The notes beneath the pieces are model-generated. The model was given only the letters and a program-made list of their open reading frames with translations, did no database searches and had not been told where the DNA came from. From assembly GCF_006345805.1 (NCBI RefSeq), contig NC_042997.1, positions 51,150,001 to 51,214,000 of the forward strand: a DNA stretch of 64,000 bases. Reading direction: 5' to 3'. Numbering within the stretch: position 1 is the stretch's first letter; each line of letters begins with the position of its first letter. Positions 1 through 12,039 of the stretch are shown piece after piece. The position numbers and the translations under genes were made by a program. This stretch comes from Octopus sinensis (lineage: Eukaryota).

Positions 1-1009
1 ATAACGAGTAGGGTGGTCACTCTCGCCCGGCAATGGGCCGAGAGGAAACTGTCCCTAAAAGGTCGGGTGGAGGTGGCGAACACGTACATCGCATCCGTCA
101 TCTACTACCGCCTGACCGTCGTGCCTTGTTCCGACCATACCATCACCAAACTAGAACGCATTCTCTTTCGCTTCTTGCGGAAAGAATGCGTCCCGATGGT
201 CATGTTATCCATTTGCTATCAACACCCGTTAAAAGGAGGACTAGGCATGCCGTGGTTGATGATGCGCAGACACACGCTGAGACTGCGACATCTCAGGCTC
301 TTCGTAGACGACAGTGAACAGGTGTGGTCGCCGTTTGTGAGGCACGCTTTCCCGCAGCTCGTCTCCATGACCGAACTGCAGTCGTGGATAAAAAAGAGGC
401 CGAAGAAGGGCGAATGGCACCGCGAGTGTCGCTTTGCTCTCAATCAACTCTGCCGTCCCGGGTCGACCTTGAGTGACTCCATCACAACCCAAGCATTCTA
501 TAGGGGATTAGTGGAGGGGAGGTACGACGACGAGCTCGGGGCGAACCTGGGCGTCGACGAAGAATACCTGACCCGCCTATTCGGGACGACTATCGGGCCA
601 GGGTCCATGGACAACTTCCAGAGATCCCTGGCCTGGCAGTGCTACCGAGAAGCGCTACCCGTTCGGGATAAGCTCTACAGACACGGCTCGAGAAACACGG
701 GGCCGACCTGCCCGAGATGCGGTCAGAGCGACGAAACCGTTCTGCACGCACTCGTGCAGTGTCCAACAATTTCCGACCTGTGGGCTTATGTCGACCAACT
801 GCTGTCACGTGTAGGACGAGTCGGTTTATCAGCTGAGTCTATCGTCAATATTGTCAAAATGAGTCTATCGTCAATATTTTTTTCTTTTTCCCTTTTACGA
901 TCCCTTTTGATCGAAAACCTACGCCACTTTTTTTTTATCCCCCAAAAGAAAAGCTCTACCTTGTAATTTGTCCCATCTGTGTGCAGCCCTGTGTGGCCAA
1001 TAAAGAAAC
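1..1009 (+). mobile_element. Tx1-like LINE copy C0 (3' part; 5' end outside window; ~0.5 kb internal deletion at ~857-890)
   Basis: ORF 13-966 encodes the post-RT region and the C-x2-C-x8-H-x4-C finger CPRCGQSDETVLHALVQC. It is homologous to copies C1-C5. The 3' end is AATAAA (999-1004) then (TCTA)n. Confidence 0.9.
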
Positions 1010-1223
1010 TTATCTATCTAGCAGTCTATCTATCTATTTATCTACGGACGTGCTGTCACTTCGGCTGCGAAGGTAATCGTTTATTTTGACTATTTATAGC
1101 CCAATTTTTGTGTACATTTTTGCAAATAAGGTGTGTAAGGCACCAAACTTTCGTTTGAGTGCTTTTCCAAGGGAGGAATTCAACCCCATTTCATTTCTGT
1201 AATTTTCTTCTCGACATTAGAAA

Positions 1224-3209
1224 ATGTCGAGAAATTTTATTGTAGAACGCTGGTCGCGTTCCTTTATGGACCAGCGTTTTCCTAGTTTGGAAACGCTAGA
1301 AGAAAAAAAGAACGTACGCACGCAAAGTGCAAACATGAATAACGGTCGAATGAACGCTGCAACCACGTGCGGTAACAGCCCTGTTACCACCACCACCACC
1401 ACCACTAACAACAACAACCACGAGACTACTACTGCTACCACCACCGCCTCCACCACCACCACCACCACCGCCACCTCATCCACTACCTCAACTACCGACA
1501 ACAACAACAATAACAATGACAACAAGAATAATAACATTTGCGCCACCATTTCGACATCTGCTGCCACGGCTGTCTCTTCTGCCACTGACACCACCGCCAA
1601 CAACAATAACAACAACAACAATCCCGTTCAGACCTTGTCTCCTCAAAGAACAAGAACTGAAGGGAATAAACAAAAGACTGTGACCACCAAACAAATTGAC
1701 AAAAGCTGCTTGAATACAGGGATAAACTATGCAAGTAATTTTCCACCCCTTCCTACTTGCACAATCACACCAAATACACCGATTTTACCAACTGCAGCCA
1801 ACAACAACATCACCACCAGTAACAACAATAACAAAACAACAACAAATTTCGCCGAGGCGATAAAAGAAAAAAAGACAACAGTATATTTTACTGCACAACA
1901 AATAAAAGACACGAACATTTTAATAACAGAAGTAGATGGTATAGTAAAAATAAACATACCACAAGAAATATTAGAAAATGAAAAAAAAAGAACAATTATT
2001 TATAAAATAATTAATAAGAAAACAAAAAGTCCAGAGAAGGCTAACACAAGCAAAATCGAAAAATGCTTGAAACCCACCTGGAACTACAAAGAGTATGTGA
2101 CCTGGTGGAACAAGTTCGCACACATACAAGTGGTATTCCACACTGAAGAGTTAGCAAGACGTTTCTCAACGCTAACTCTTCATTCAGATGAACTTCAACT
2201 AACACCAAGCTATCGTGGACAGAAAGTGACTAAGATCACTTTAAACAATGTCCCAAAAATAGCTAACAATTTATGGCTAGTAAAGGCCTTACGTGTGAAA
2301 ATGGAAGATTTCACAATTTTAGAAACCACGGTCACGGAGCACAAAAACTGGGTGGGAAAAAAAGTAGAATTTCTACTACATATAAACCAAGAGGGCATAA
2401 AGAAAATACCCACCCAGATATGTGTATCAGAAGACCACAAGTTGTATGTGGTCGTCGATGGCAGAAGACCACGTTGCTACATATGCGGCAGTGAGCAACA
2501 CCTAAAAAAATATTGCAAATCTGCCACAAGAAAACAACAGCAACAACAACAGCAGCCGGAAAAAACAAATAAACCAGCTTTACTACCCACACCACGTTTT
2601 GCACGAACAGGACTAATCACAGAAAATCAACAAAAAGCAAACCTCACCAACCAAACAACCACACCAACTGCACCAAGAACAGAAGCAACACCACCAACAA
2701 CAACAACCAAGAATAAACCAACTCCTAAACCAAGGACATCTGCCAAAAAGACACTCATCGAAAATGAAGAAACAATTACTACTCCAAATCCCCACAAAAT
2801 TGACACCCCAAACAACACAACAATACCTACAATCACTCAAACACAAAATACCCACACCCCACCTCCAAAACCGCATACACCACAACCTAACGCTCACCAA
2901 CCAACACCAACAACAAAATCAACACAGTCTACAATAGACCCCAATATTTTCCCTCTTCCAAGCTCTGATTCTTCTGATTTGTCATTAGACGAAGAAGACA
3001 CAGAAGATTGGCAAATAGCCACAGGGGGGAGAAGAAAAGGGGAAAAAAAGAAAAGAAAAGATAACAAACAAAGCAGGAAGATTCACCACTCCCGAAACAA
3101 AAACATCCACAGAAAACAAACACATCAACACAAACACACCATCATCAAGCCCCCCAACAATGTTGACAGCCATAAACACAAACAACCACGACCTAATGGA
3201 ACACATTAG
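1224..3209 (+). CDS. LINE ORF1 (gag-like nucleic-acid-binding protein, CCHC zinc knuckle)
   Basis: 661-aa ORF with CYICGSEQHLKKYC (C-x2-C-x4-H-x4-C) and N/T/Q/P low-complexity tracts, directly upstream of ORF2. The true C-terminus probably continues in the 3160-3441 frame after a homopolymer frameshift near 3024-3060. Confidence 0.85.
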   Translation: MSRNFIVERWSRSFMDQRFPSLETLEEKKNVRTQSANMNNGRMNAATTCGNSPVTTTTTTTNNNNHETTTATTTASTTTTTTATSSTTSTTDNNNNNNDNKNNNICATISTSAATAVSSATDTTANNNNNNNNPVQTLSPQRTRTEGNKQKTVTTKQIDKSCLNTGINYASNFPPLPTCTITPNTPILPTAANNNITTSNNNNKTTTNFAEAIKEKKTTVYFTAQQIKDTNILITEVDGIVKINIPQEILENEKKRTIIYKIINKKTKSPEKANTSKIEKCLKPTWNYKEYVTWWNKFAHIQVVFHTEELARRFSTLTLHSDELQLTPSYRGQKVTKITLNNVPKIANNLWLVKALRVKMEDFTILETTVTEHKNWVGKKVEFLLHINQEGIKKIPTQICVSEDHKLYVVVDGRRPRCYICGSEQHLKKYCKSATRKQQQQQQQPEKTNKPALLPTPRFARTGLITENQQKANLTNQTTTPTAPRTEATPPTTTTKNKPTPKPRTSAKKTLIENEETITTPNPHKIDTPNNTTIPTITQTQNTHTPPPKPHTPQPNAHQPTPTTKSTQSTIDPNIFPLPSSDSSDLSLDEEDTEDWQIATGGRRKGEKKKRKDNKQSRKIHHSRNKNIHRKQTHQHKHTIIKPPNNVDSHKHKQPRPNGTH

Positions 3210-3507
3210 GTCAAACACCAACATAACTGAAAACGACGTAAAAACAAGTAACCACCCACGCACAACACCACCACAACACATTAAAATAATACACGTAACA
3301 CAGAACACATACAGCACCCTGAAATCTCTTTACCTTGATGCTGTAGAGAGATTTCAAAAGTACTCATCAAAGAAACTATACAAAAACCTCATGGAAGAAG
3401 ACTGTGAGGTGAAAAACAAAGGACTTTCGAACAACAAGTAACCTTTTCTCTCTCTCTTTCCTTTTTTGCACTTTCTTTTCGTGTGTAAAACACAATTTTA
3501 TCGGAAC

Positions 3508-6500
3508 ATGCTCAGAATAGGCAGTATAAATGTACGTGGCTTGGGGTCGCCTTGGAAACAAGGCTACCTGTTAAATGACATCAAGTCACTAAATCTGAAT
3601 ATCATAGCCATCAGTGAGACCAGACTCCACAGCTTGCGAGCACTCCAGCACAGTTTCGGTACACATTTCAACATTTATTTTTCTCCGTGTCTACCGAGAA
3701 TGGACGGAGGTGGCACCGCGGTGCTTCTCCGGAAGAGTCTGGATCTCAAAGTAAGAGCAATTTTCCTAGACCCAGAGGGTAGGCTGGTCGTTTTGGATGT
3801 CGATGGCAGCAATGAGTGTGCTTTTCGACTGATAGCAGTTTATGCTCCGTCCTTAACAGGCCGACCAGATTTCTTTCGACGTCTAGAGTCTTTCATGGGA
3901 ACGTCTCGTCCTTTACTTTTAGTGGGGGATTGGAATGCCACCCTGGACACGCATCTAGACTACGTGGGCAGAGATAGCAATAGAAGGGGATGCAAATGCC
4001 TCAAAGACCTGCTCAGACGTTTCCAACTGTCTGACAGGTACCGACTGGACCACCCGAATGTGCCAATGTGGACATGGAGTAACCGCATCGGGTCGTCCAG
4101 ATCATACTTAGATAGAGTATTCTGTAGGACAATAGATAAAAATAGTGTAGGTTGTCCACAATTTCATATAGTCAGTTACACAGATCACAAGTTTGTGACT
4201 TGTACACTTGACTTAGATAAGACACATAGGCAGGGTCCTGGTTACTGGAAACTGAACGCGTCTTTTACAGCACGACAGGTTTACAGGGACAGGGTCAGCA
4301 CATTAGTTAAGAGAGCTTTGACGGGTACCATCATCAACAACAGATGGTGGTATGCCCTAAAAAAGCAATTAAAGCAGAATCAGTCAGATACAGTAAAGCC
4401 CTAGCATTAGACCGAAATAGAATAGAGGGAGAATTAGTTAAGGTTTTAGAAGAGGCACTTAGAACTGGCATCGCATCCAACGTGCTGGCGGCGAGATTGG
4501 CCCTCGACCAACACCTCAACGCCAAACACGAGGGATGCGTTGTCAGAGCTAGGATGCGTGCTCTGAGGAACGAAGGAGTTGGAGCCGCCCAAGAGGCCCG
4601 AGTGGTGGAGACACAACGAGGCAACAGAGCCACCATCAAGTCTCTTATAGATGAACAGGGGCGCGAATTGCTCGAGCCCAAAAGGATGTGTGGGGCTTTT
4701 CAACAACACTTCACCCGACTGTTTGGGACAAGTGGTGGGTCAGAACGCAGAGTGGACTTTAATGCCTACCTGCATGCCTTGCCACGACTCTCAGCAAGAT
4801 AGGTGGAGTCTTGTGAAAGGCCTATCACAGCTGCGGACGTACAGGATGCGATGGTAGGCTGCGCGAGAGACAAGTCACCAGGCTTGGATGGTCTGCCCTA
4901 CGAACTTTATTTTCATATGCCAGACTTGTTTGGAGGCGTCTTGGCAGCAGTGTCTACTGCAACTGGCAGCAAAACGGGAGTATTCCTGCTTTTGTAAAGC
5001 GAGGAGCAGTGGCACTGATTAAGAAAGACCCAAACAAGGGGGACGTCATAGATAATTTCAGGCCCATCACTCTGCTCAACGGAGATTTGAAAATTTTGGC
5101 CAAGGTGTTAGCCGAGAGGTTGGCGCTTGTCATCAAGAAACTAATCGACAAGGCGCAAACATGCGCCGTGCCGGGTAGAAGTATTCATGACGACCTCCAT
5201 CTGATGCGCTACATCATAGACAGGGTAGTTAAGAATCCTGGCATGGGTGGAGCGCTGATCAATTTGGATCAATCAAAAGCTTTCGATAGGGTAGACCATC
5301 ACTACTTGGAGGCTGTCCTTAAAGCGGCTGGTTTCGGTCCAGTTTTCCGCGGTTGGATCGCTGCCTTATACAGCGGCATCCGCTCAGTAGTTCGCGTAAA
5401 TGGTCATCTATCCAGACCTTTTAACATCATGCGTTCGGTTCGTCAGGGATGCCCCCTCTCATCGCTACTGTATGTATTGACTCTTGAGCCACTACTGCGG
5501 AAACTGGCGACGCTGAGGGGCATCCCACGAGAGCTGGGATGCGGGAGGAGCGTGTCTGCATACGCGGATGACGTCACCGTCATAGTGTCGAGCTACGAGC
5601 ACATCGAGCTGGTCGGCGAGACCCTAAAAGAATACGAAGCGGTAACGGGAGCAAAAATTAACCGGGAAAAGTCAGTGGGCTTGCGGCTCGGCACCTGGAG
5701 AAGCAGGCCCATGCCGTCCAACAGCGTCTCCATCGTGGGACGCTGGACGGACGGACCGATTAAATTGCTCGGGGTCTGGTTCGGTCCGGACCTCCAAATG
5801 GAGAAGAACTGGGGCGAGATAACGACTAGGGTGGCTACTCTCACCCAGAAATGGGCTGAGAGAAAGCTATCCCTAAAAGGTCGGGCGGAGGTGGCGAACG
5901 CGTACATCGCATCCGTCATCGAGTATCGTCTGACCGTCGTGCCTTGTCCCGACCCTACCATCACCAAACTGGAACGTATACTCTTCCGCTTCTTGTGGAA
6001 GGGAAACGTTCCGATGGTTAGGCGTTCCATTTGCTGTCAACACCCGCTAAATGGAGGGCTGGGCATGCCGTGGTTGATGCGCAGACATGCGCTGAGACTG
6101 CGACATCTCCGGCGCTTCATAGACAACGGTGAACAGGTGTGGTCGCCTTTTGTGCGGCGCGCTTTTCCGCAGCTCGTCTTCTTGGACGAACTACAGTCAT
6201 GGATCAAGCAGAGACCGAGGCTAGGCGAATGGCACCGCGAGTGTCGCGTTGCTCTCAAGCAACCCTGCCGTCCGGGATCGAACTTGTGCGACTCCATCAC
6301 AACAAAGGCATTCTATAGAGGATTAGTGGAGGGGAGGTGCGACGACGAACTCGGGCAGAGTCTGGGCGTCGACGATGAACACCTGACCCGCCTGTTCAGG
6401 ACAACTTTCGGGCCGGGACCTATGAACAATCACCAAAGATCCCTGGCCTGGTAGTGCTATCGAGAAGCATTACCTGTTCGGGATAAGCTCTACAGACACG

Positions 6501-6874
6501 TGCAATGTCCAACCATTTCAGACCTGTGGGCTTATGCCGAACGGCTACTGTCACGTGTGGGACGAATCCGCCTATCGGCCGAGTCTATCGTGAGTATTGC
6601 TCCGCCCCCTTCCCTCAACCGGGAAGGCAAGGCAGTTTTCATCGTACTGGTGGCCATGGTGAAAGAATGTGTGTGGTGGACCCGAGCGAAAGGATTAGAG
6701 ACAAACACTTACCTCTCTGGCCAATCGCTCATCAACGTTTTCAAGTACCACTTGAAAAGGAAGGTGAGAATGGAGAGGGAAGTTTTGTCTCGCGAAAGAT
6801 TCAAAAAAAGACTGGTGAATGTTGCAAAGATGGTGCGTGCGAGTGACGAAACCATTTTGAGCATGATCCTGTAG
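3508..6874 (+). pseudogene. LINE ORF2 (APE endonuclease + RT), disrupted
   Basis: ATG at 3508 (MLRIGSINVRGL). Frameshifts near 4360 and 4955, in-frame TAG near 4800 and at 6452-6454, and a 69-bp deletion at 6500/6501 removing most of the C-terminal CCHC finger (by comparison with C0). Confidence 0.9.
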
Positions 6875-7170
6875 ATCGTAAAAAAGAAAGAAAGAGAGCA
6901 TTTTGATCTCATGTGGTTATTTCCTCCCTGACTGAGGTTCCCGTGGTCTTTTCTGTAGGCTTTTCTTCCCACGGATGAACCCAATCTTGTTTTATCAATG
7001 TTTTTATCATTGTTTCTGTGATACACGATTTCTTTTCTTTTTTCCTCCTCTCGATCCCTTTTGATCGCAATCTTACATTTATTTTCTTTTTTTTCCACCC
7101 TCGAAAAGAAAAGCTCTGCATTTGTATTTGTCCCCTCTGTATTCAGCCCTGTGTGGCTAATAAAAGAAAG

Positions 7171-7177
7171 TTATCTA

Positions 7178-7268
<91 letters not shown>

Positions 7269-7304
7269 GTGTGTCTGTCTGCCTGCCTGTGTGTCTGTCT
7301 GTCA

Positions 7305-7364
<60 letters not shown>

Positions 7365-7422
7365 GTGGGTTTGTCTGTCTGCATGTCGGTCTGTCAGTCT
7401 GTCTGCCTGTCTGCCTATCTCT

Positions 7423-7467
<45 letters not shown>

Positions 7468-7518
7468 ATCTATCTATCTATCTATCTGTCTGTCTGTCTA
7501 TCTATCTATCTATATATA

Positions 7519-7581
<63 letters not shown>

Positions 7582-7627
7582 TTATCTGTGTGTCTGTCTG
7601 TCTGCCTGCCTGTGTGTCTGTCTGTCA

Positions 7628-7691
<64 letters not shown>

Positions 7692-7753
7692 GTGGGTTTG
7701 TCTGTCTGTCTGCCTGTCGATCTGTCAGTCTGTCTGCCTGTCTGCCTATCTCT

Positions 7754-7819
<66 letters not shown>

Positions 7820-7824
7820 GTCTG

Positions 7825-7872
<48 letters not shown>
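7171..7872. repeat. Compound (TCTA)n/(TCTG)n microsatellite with an internal ~320-bp higher-order duplication
   Basis: Read directly; the same interrupted blocks recur at ~7265-7430 and ~7585-7755. Confidence 0.95.
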
Positions 7873-10818
7873 AAAGCAGAAGCGATTAGGTACAGCAAAG
7901 CACTAGCCATAGATAGAAATAGAGTAGAGGGTGAGCTAGTTAAGAAGCTAGAAGAGGCAATTAGAAGCGGCATCGCATCCGACGTTTTGGCTGCGAGGTT
8001 GGCCCTCGACCAACACTTCAACGCCAAACACGAAGGATGTGCTGTCAGAGCTAGGATGCGTGCTCTAAGGAACGAAGGTGTTGGAGCCGCGAGAGAGGCC
8101 CGGGTGGCAGAGGCGCAACAGGGCAACAAAGCCACCATTCGGTCACTGGTAGATGAACAGGGGCGCGAATTACTCGAGCCAAGTAAAATGTGTGAGGCCT
8201 TTCAGCAGCATTTTGCCCGACTGTTCGGAACGAGTGGAGGGCAAGAACGTAGGGTGGACTTCAGTGCCTACCTATATAGCCTACCACGACTCTCGACAAG
8301 AAAGGCAGGGTGCTGCGAAGGTGCCATCACGGCGGCGGAAGTGCAGGAAGCGATGGCAGAATGCTCGAGGGACAAATCACCGGGTTTGGATGGTCTACCC
8401 TACGAGCTTTACAATTGTATGCCAGACTTGTTTGGAGATCTCTTGGCGGCGGTGTACTGCAACTGGCAGCAAAACGGGAGCATTCCTGGTTTTGTGAGCC
8501 GAGGAGCCGTAACACTGCTGAAGAAAGATCTAAACAAGGGAAATGTAATAGATAACTTTAGGCCCATCACTCTGCTTAATGCAGACTTGAAAATTTTGGC
8601 CAAGGTGAGAGCCAAGAGGTTGGCGCTTGTCATCGAGAAACTGGTCGACAAGGCGCAAACGTGCGCCGTGCCAGGCCGGACCATCCATGACAACCTCCAT
8701 CTGATGCGCTACATCATAGACAGGGTAGTTAACGAACCTGGCATGGGTGGGGCCCTGATCAACTTGGATCAATCGAAAGCCTTTGATAGGGTAGACCATC
8801 GATACTTGGAGGCAGTCCTGAGAGCGGCTGGTTTCGGTCCCGTCTTCCGCGGCTGGATAGCTGCCTTGTACAGAGGCATCCGTTCGGTAATTCGCGTAAA
8901 TGGACATCTATCGAGACCTTTCGACATTGCACGTTCGGTCCGTCAGGGATGCCCCCTCTCGGCGCTTCTATACGTATTGACTCCTGAGCCACTACTGCGG
9001 AACCTGGCGACTCTAAGGGGCATCCCGCGAGAATTGGGATGCGGGACGAGCGTGTCTGCATACGCGGACGACGTCACCGTCATAGTGTCTAGCCACGAGC
9101 ACATCGAGCTGGTCGGCGAGACACTGAAAAACTACGAAGCGGTGACAGGAGCGAAAATCAACCGGGAAAATCAGTGGGCTTGCGACTAAGCACCTGGAGA
9201 AGCAAGCCCATGCCGTCCACCAGCGCCTCCGTCGTGGGACGCTGGACCGACGGCCCGGTTGAGTTGCTCGGGGTCTGGTTTGATCCGGATCTCCAAGTGG
9301 AGAAGAACTGGAACGAGATAACGAGTAGGGTGGTCACTCTCGCCCGGCAATGGGCCGAGAGGAAACTGTCCCTAAAAGGTCGAGCGGAGGTGGCGAACAC
9401 GTACATCGCGTCCGTCATCTACTACCGCCTGACCGTCGTACCTTGTCCCGACCCTACCATCACCAAACTAGAACGCATTCTCTTTCGCTTCTTGTGGAAA
9501 GGATGCGTCCCGATGGTCAGGCGATCCATTTGCTGTCAACACCCGTTAAAAGGAGGGCTGGGCATGCCGTGGTTGATGATGCGCAGATACGCGCTGAGAC
9601 TGCGACATCTCTGGCTCTATGTAGACGACGGTGAACAGGTGTGGTCGCCGTTTGTGAGGCACGCTTTCCCGCAGCTTGTCTCCATGACCGAACTGCAGTC
9701 GTGGATCAAAAAGAGGCCGAGGAAGGGCGAATGGCACCGCGAGTGTCGCGTTGCTCTCAAGCAACTCTGCCGTCCTGGGTCGACCTTAAGTGACTTCAAC
9801 ACAACCAAAGCATTCTATAGGGGTTTAGTGGAGGGGAGGTACGACGACGAGCTCGGGTCGAACCTGGACGTCGACGAGGAGTACCTGACCCGCCTGTTCA
9901 GGACGACTTTCGGGCCAGGGCCGATGGACAACTTCCAGAGATCCCTGGCCTGGTAGTGCTACCGAGAAGCGCTACCCGTTCGGGATAAGCTCTACAGACA
10001 CGGCTCGAGAAACACGGGGCTGACCTGCCCGAGATGCGGTCAGAGCGACGAAACCGTTCTGCACGCACTCGTTCAGTGTCCAACAATTTCCGACCTGTGG
10101 GCTTATGTCGAACAACTGCTGTCACGTGTGGGACGAGTCGGTTTATCAGCTGAGTCTATCGTCAATATTGTCACGCCTCCTTCCTTCAAACGGGAAGGAA
10201 GAGCTATTTTCATCATCCTTGTGGCTATGGCGAAAGAATGTATCTGGTGGACGCGTCTGAAAGGATTGGAGACAAACACTTTCCTCTCTGGTCAATCTCT
10301 CATCAACTTCTTCAAGTACCACTTGAAAAGGAAAGTGAGAGTAGAGAGGCAAGTTTTGTCTAGCGAATGTTTTAAAAAAAGATGGGTGAATGTAGCAAGA
10401 ATGGCACGTATGAATGACGAAGCCACCTTGAGCATAATCCTATGAACCCAGAAATTGAAAACAGAGATTTGCTTACTTGCAAAAAAAAAAAAAAAAAAAA
10501 AGAAATATAAAATGTGACTTCATTGACCGAGGTTACCGTGGTCTTTTCCGTAGGCTTTTCTTTCCACGGGTAAACCTCACTTGTCCTCCCCTTTACACTT
10601 CATATTGACATTTCTGTGATAACGATCCCTATTGATCAATTTTTTTTCCTCTCCCCCCTTTTTTTTAACCCCCCCTTTTTTGTCCTCTTTCTCTCCTTTT
10701 ACGATCCCTTTTGATCGGAACTCCCCCTTTTCCCTTTTTTTTTTAAACCTTCAAAAGAAAAGCTCTACCTTGTAATTTGTTCTATCTGTGTGCAGCCCTG
10801 TGTGGCTAATAAGGAAAC
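7873..10818 (+). mobile_element. Tx1-like LINE copy C2, 5'-truncated (starts in the APE-RT linker)
   Basis: RT motifs QGCPLS and YADD in ORF 7018-9189; 1-nt deletion near 9170; TAG at 9954-9956; ORF2 C-terminus ends at 10445; 3' UTR ends AATAAGGAAAC then (TCTA)n. Confidence 0.93.
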
Positions 10819-10819
10819 A

Positions 10820-10866
<47 letters not shown>

Positions 10867-11951
10867 GGCACCGCGAGTGTCGCGTTGCTCTCAAGCAACT
10901 CTGCCGTCCTGGGTCGACCTTAAGTGACTTCAACACAACCAAAGCATTCTATAGGGGTTTAGTGGAGGGGAGGTACGACGACGAACTCGGGGCGAACCTG
11001 GACGTCGAAGAGGAGTACCTGACCCGCCTGTTCAGGACGACTTTCGGGCCAGAGCCCATGGACAACTTCCAGAGATCCCTGGCCTGGCAGTCCTACCGAG
11101 AAGCGCTACCCGTTCGGGATAAGCTCTACAGACACGGCTCGAGAAACACGGGGCAGACTTGCCCGAGATGCGGTCAGAGCGACGAAACCGTTCTGCACGC
11201 ACTCGTTCAGTGTCCAACAATTTCCGACCTGTGGGCTTATGTCGAACAACTGCTGTCACGTGTGGGACGAGTCGGTTTATCAGCTGAGTCTATCGTCAAT
11301 ATTGTCACGCCTCCTTCCTTCAAACGGGAAGGAAGAGCTATTTTCATCATCCTTGTGGCTATGGCGAAAGAATGTATCTGGTGGACGCGTCTGAAAGGAT
11401 TGGAGACAAACACTTTCCTCTCTGGTCAATCTCTCATCAACTTCTTCAAGTACCACTTGAAAAGGAAAGTGAGAGTAGAGAGGCAAGTTTTGTCTAGCGA
11501 ATGTTTTAAAAAAAGATGGGTGAATGTAGCAAGAATGGCACGTATGAATGACGAAGCCACCTTGAGCATAATCCTATGAACCCAGAAATTGAAAACAGAG
11601 ATTTGCTTATTTGCAAAAAAAAAAAAAAAAAAAAGAAATATAAAATGTGACTTCATTGACCGAGGTTACCGTGGTCTTTTCCGTAGGCTTTTCTTTCCAC
11701 GGGTAAACCTCACCTGTCCTCCCCTTTACACTTCATATTGACATTTCTGTGATAACGATCCCTATTGATCAATTTTTTTCCTCTCCCCCCTTTTTTTTAA
11801 CCCCCCCTTTTTTGTCCTCTTTCTCTCCTTTTACGATCCCTTTTGATCGGAACTCCCCCTTTTCCCTTTTTTTTTTTAAACCTTCAAAAGAAAAGCTCTA
11901 CCTTGTAATTTGTTCTATCTGTGTGCAGCCCTGTGTGGCTAATAAGGAAAC
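10867..11951 (+). mobile_element. Tx1-like LINE copy C3, 5'-truncated (~1.1 kb), chimeric
   Basis: Starts at GGCACCGCGAG directly after TCTAT; contains the ORF2 C-terminus with CCHC and the 3' UTR; followed by (TCTA)n 11952-12039. Confidence 0.93.
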
Positions 11952-11952
11952 A

Positions 11953-12039
<87 letters not shown>

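Larger units (their letters stand above)
1045..7170 (+). mobile_element. Near full-length Tx1-like (L1-clade) non-LTR retrotransposon, copy C1
   Basis: Short 5' UTR, ORF1 with CCHC knuckle, ORF2 with APE (GSINVRG, GDWN, SYTDH, GYWKLN) and RT ([35 protein letters not shown]), 3' UTR with AATAAA (7159-7164). Flanked by TCTA tracts on both sides. Confidence 0.93.

Noticed and set aside
1217-1621. Hydrophobic poly-V/L ORF on the minus strand
   Set aside because: Antisense shadow of the (ACC)n/(AAC)n tracts in ORF1.
7018-9189. 723-aa ORF and overlapping 270/206-aa SIYL-repeat ORFs; similar fusions at 10788-11579, 11749-12096, 13025-13342 and 13670-14314
   Set aside because: (TCTA)n and (TCTG)n contain no stop codon on this strand, so unrelated 3' UTR and truncated ORF2 sequences are joined artefactually.
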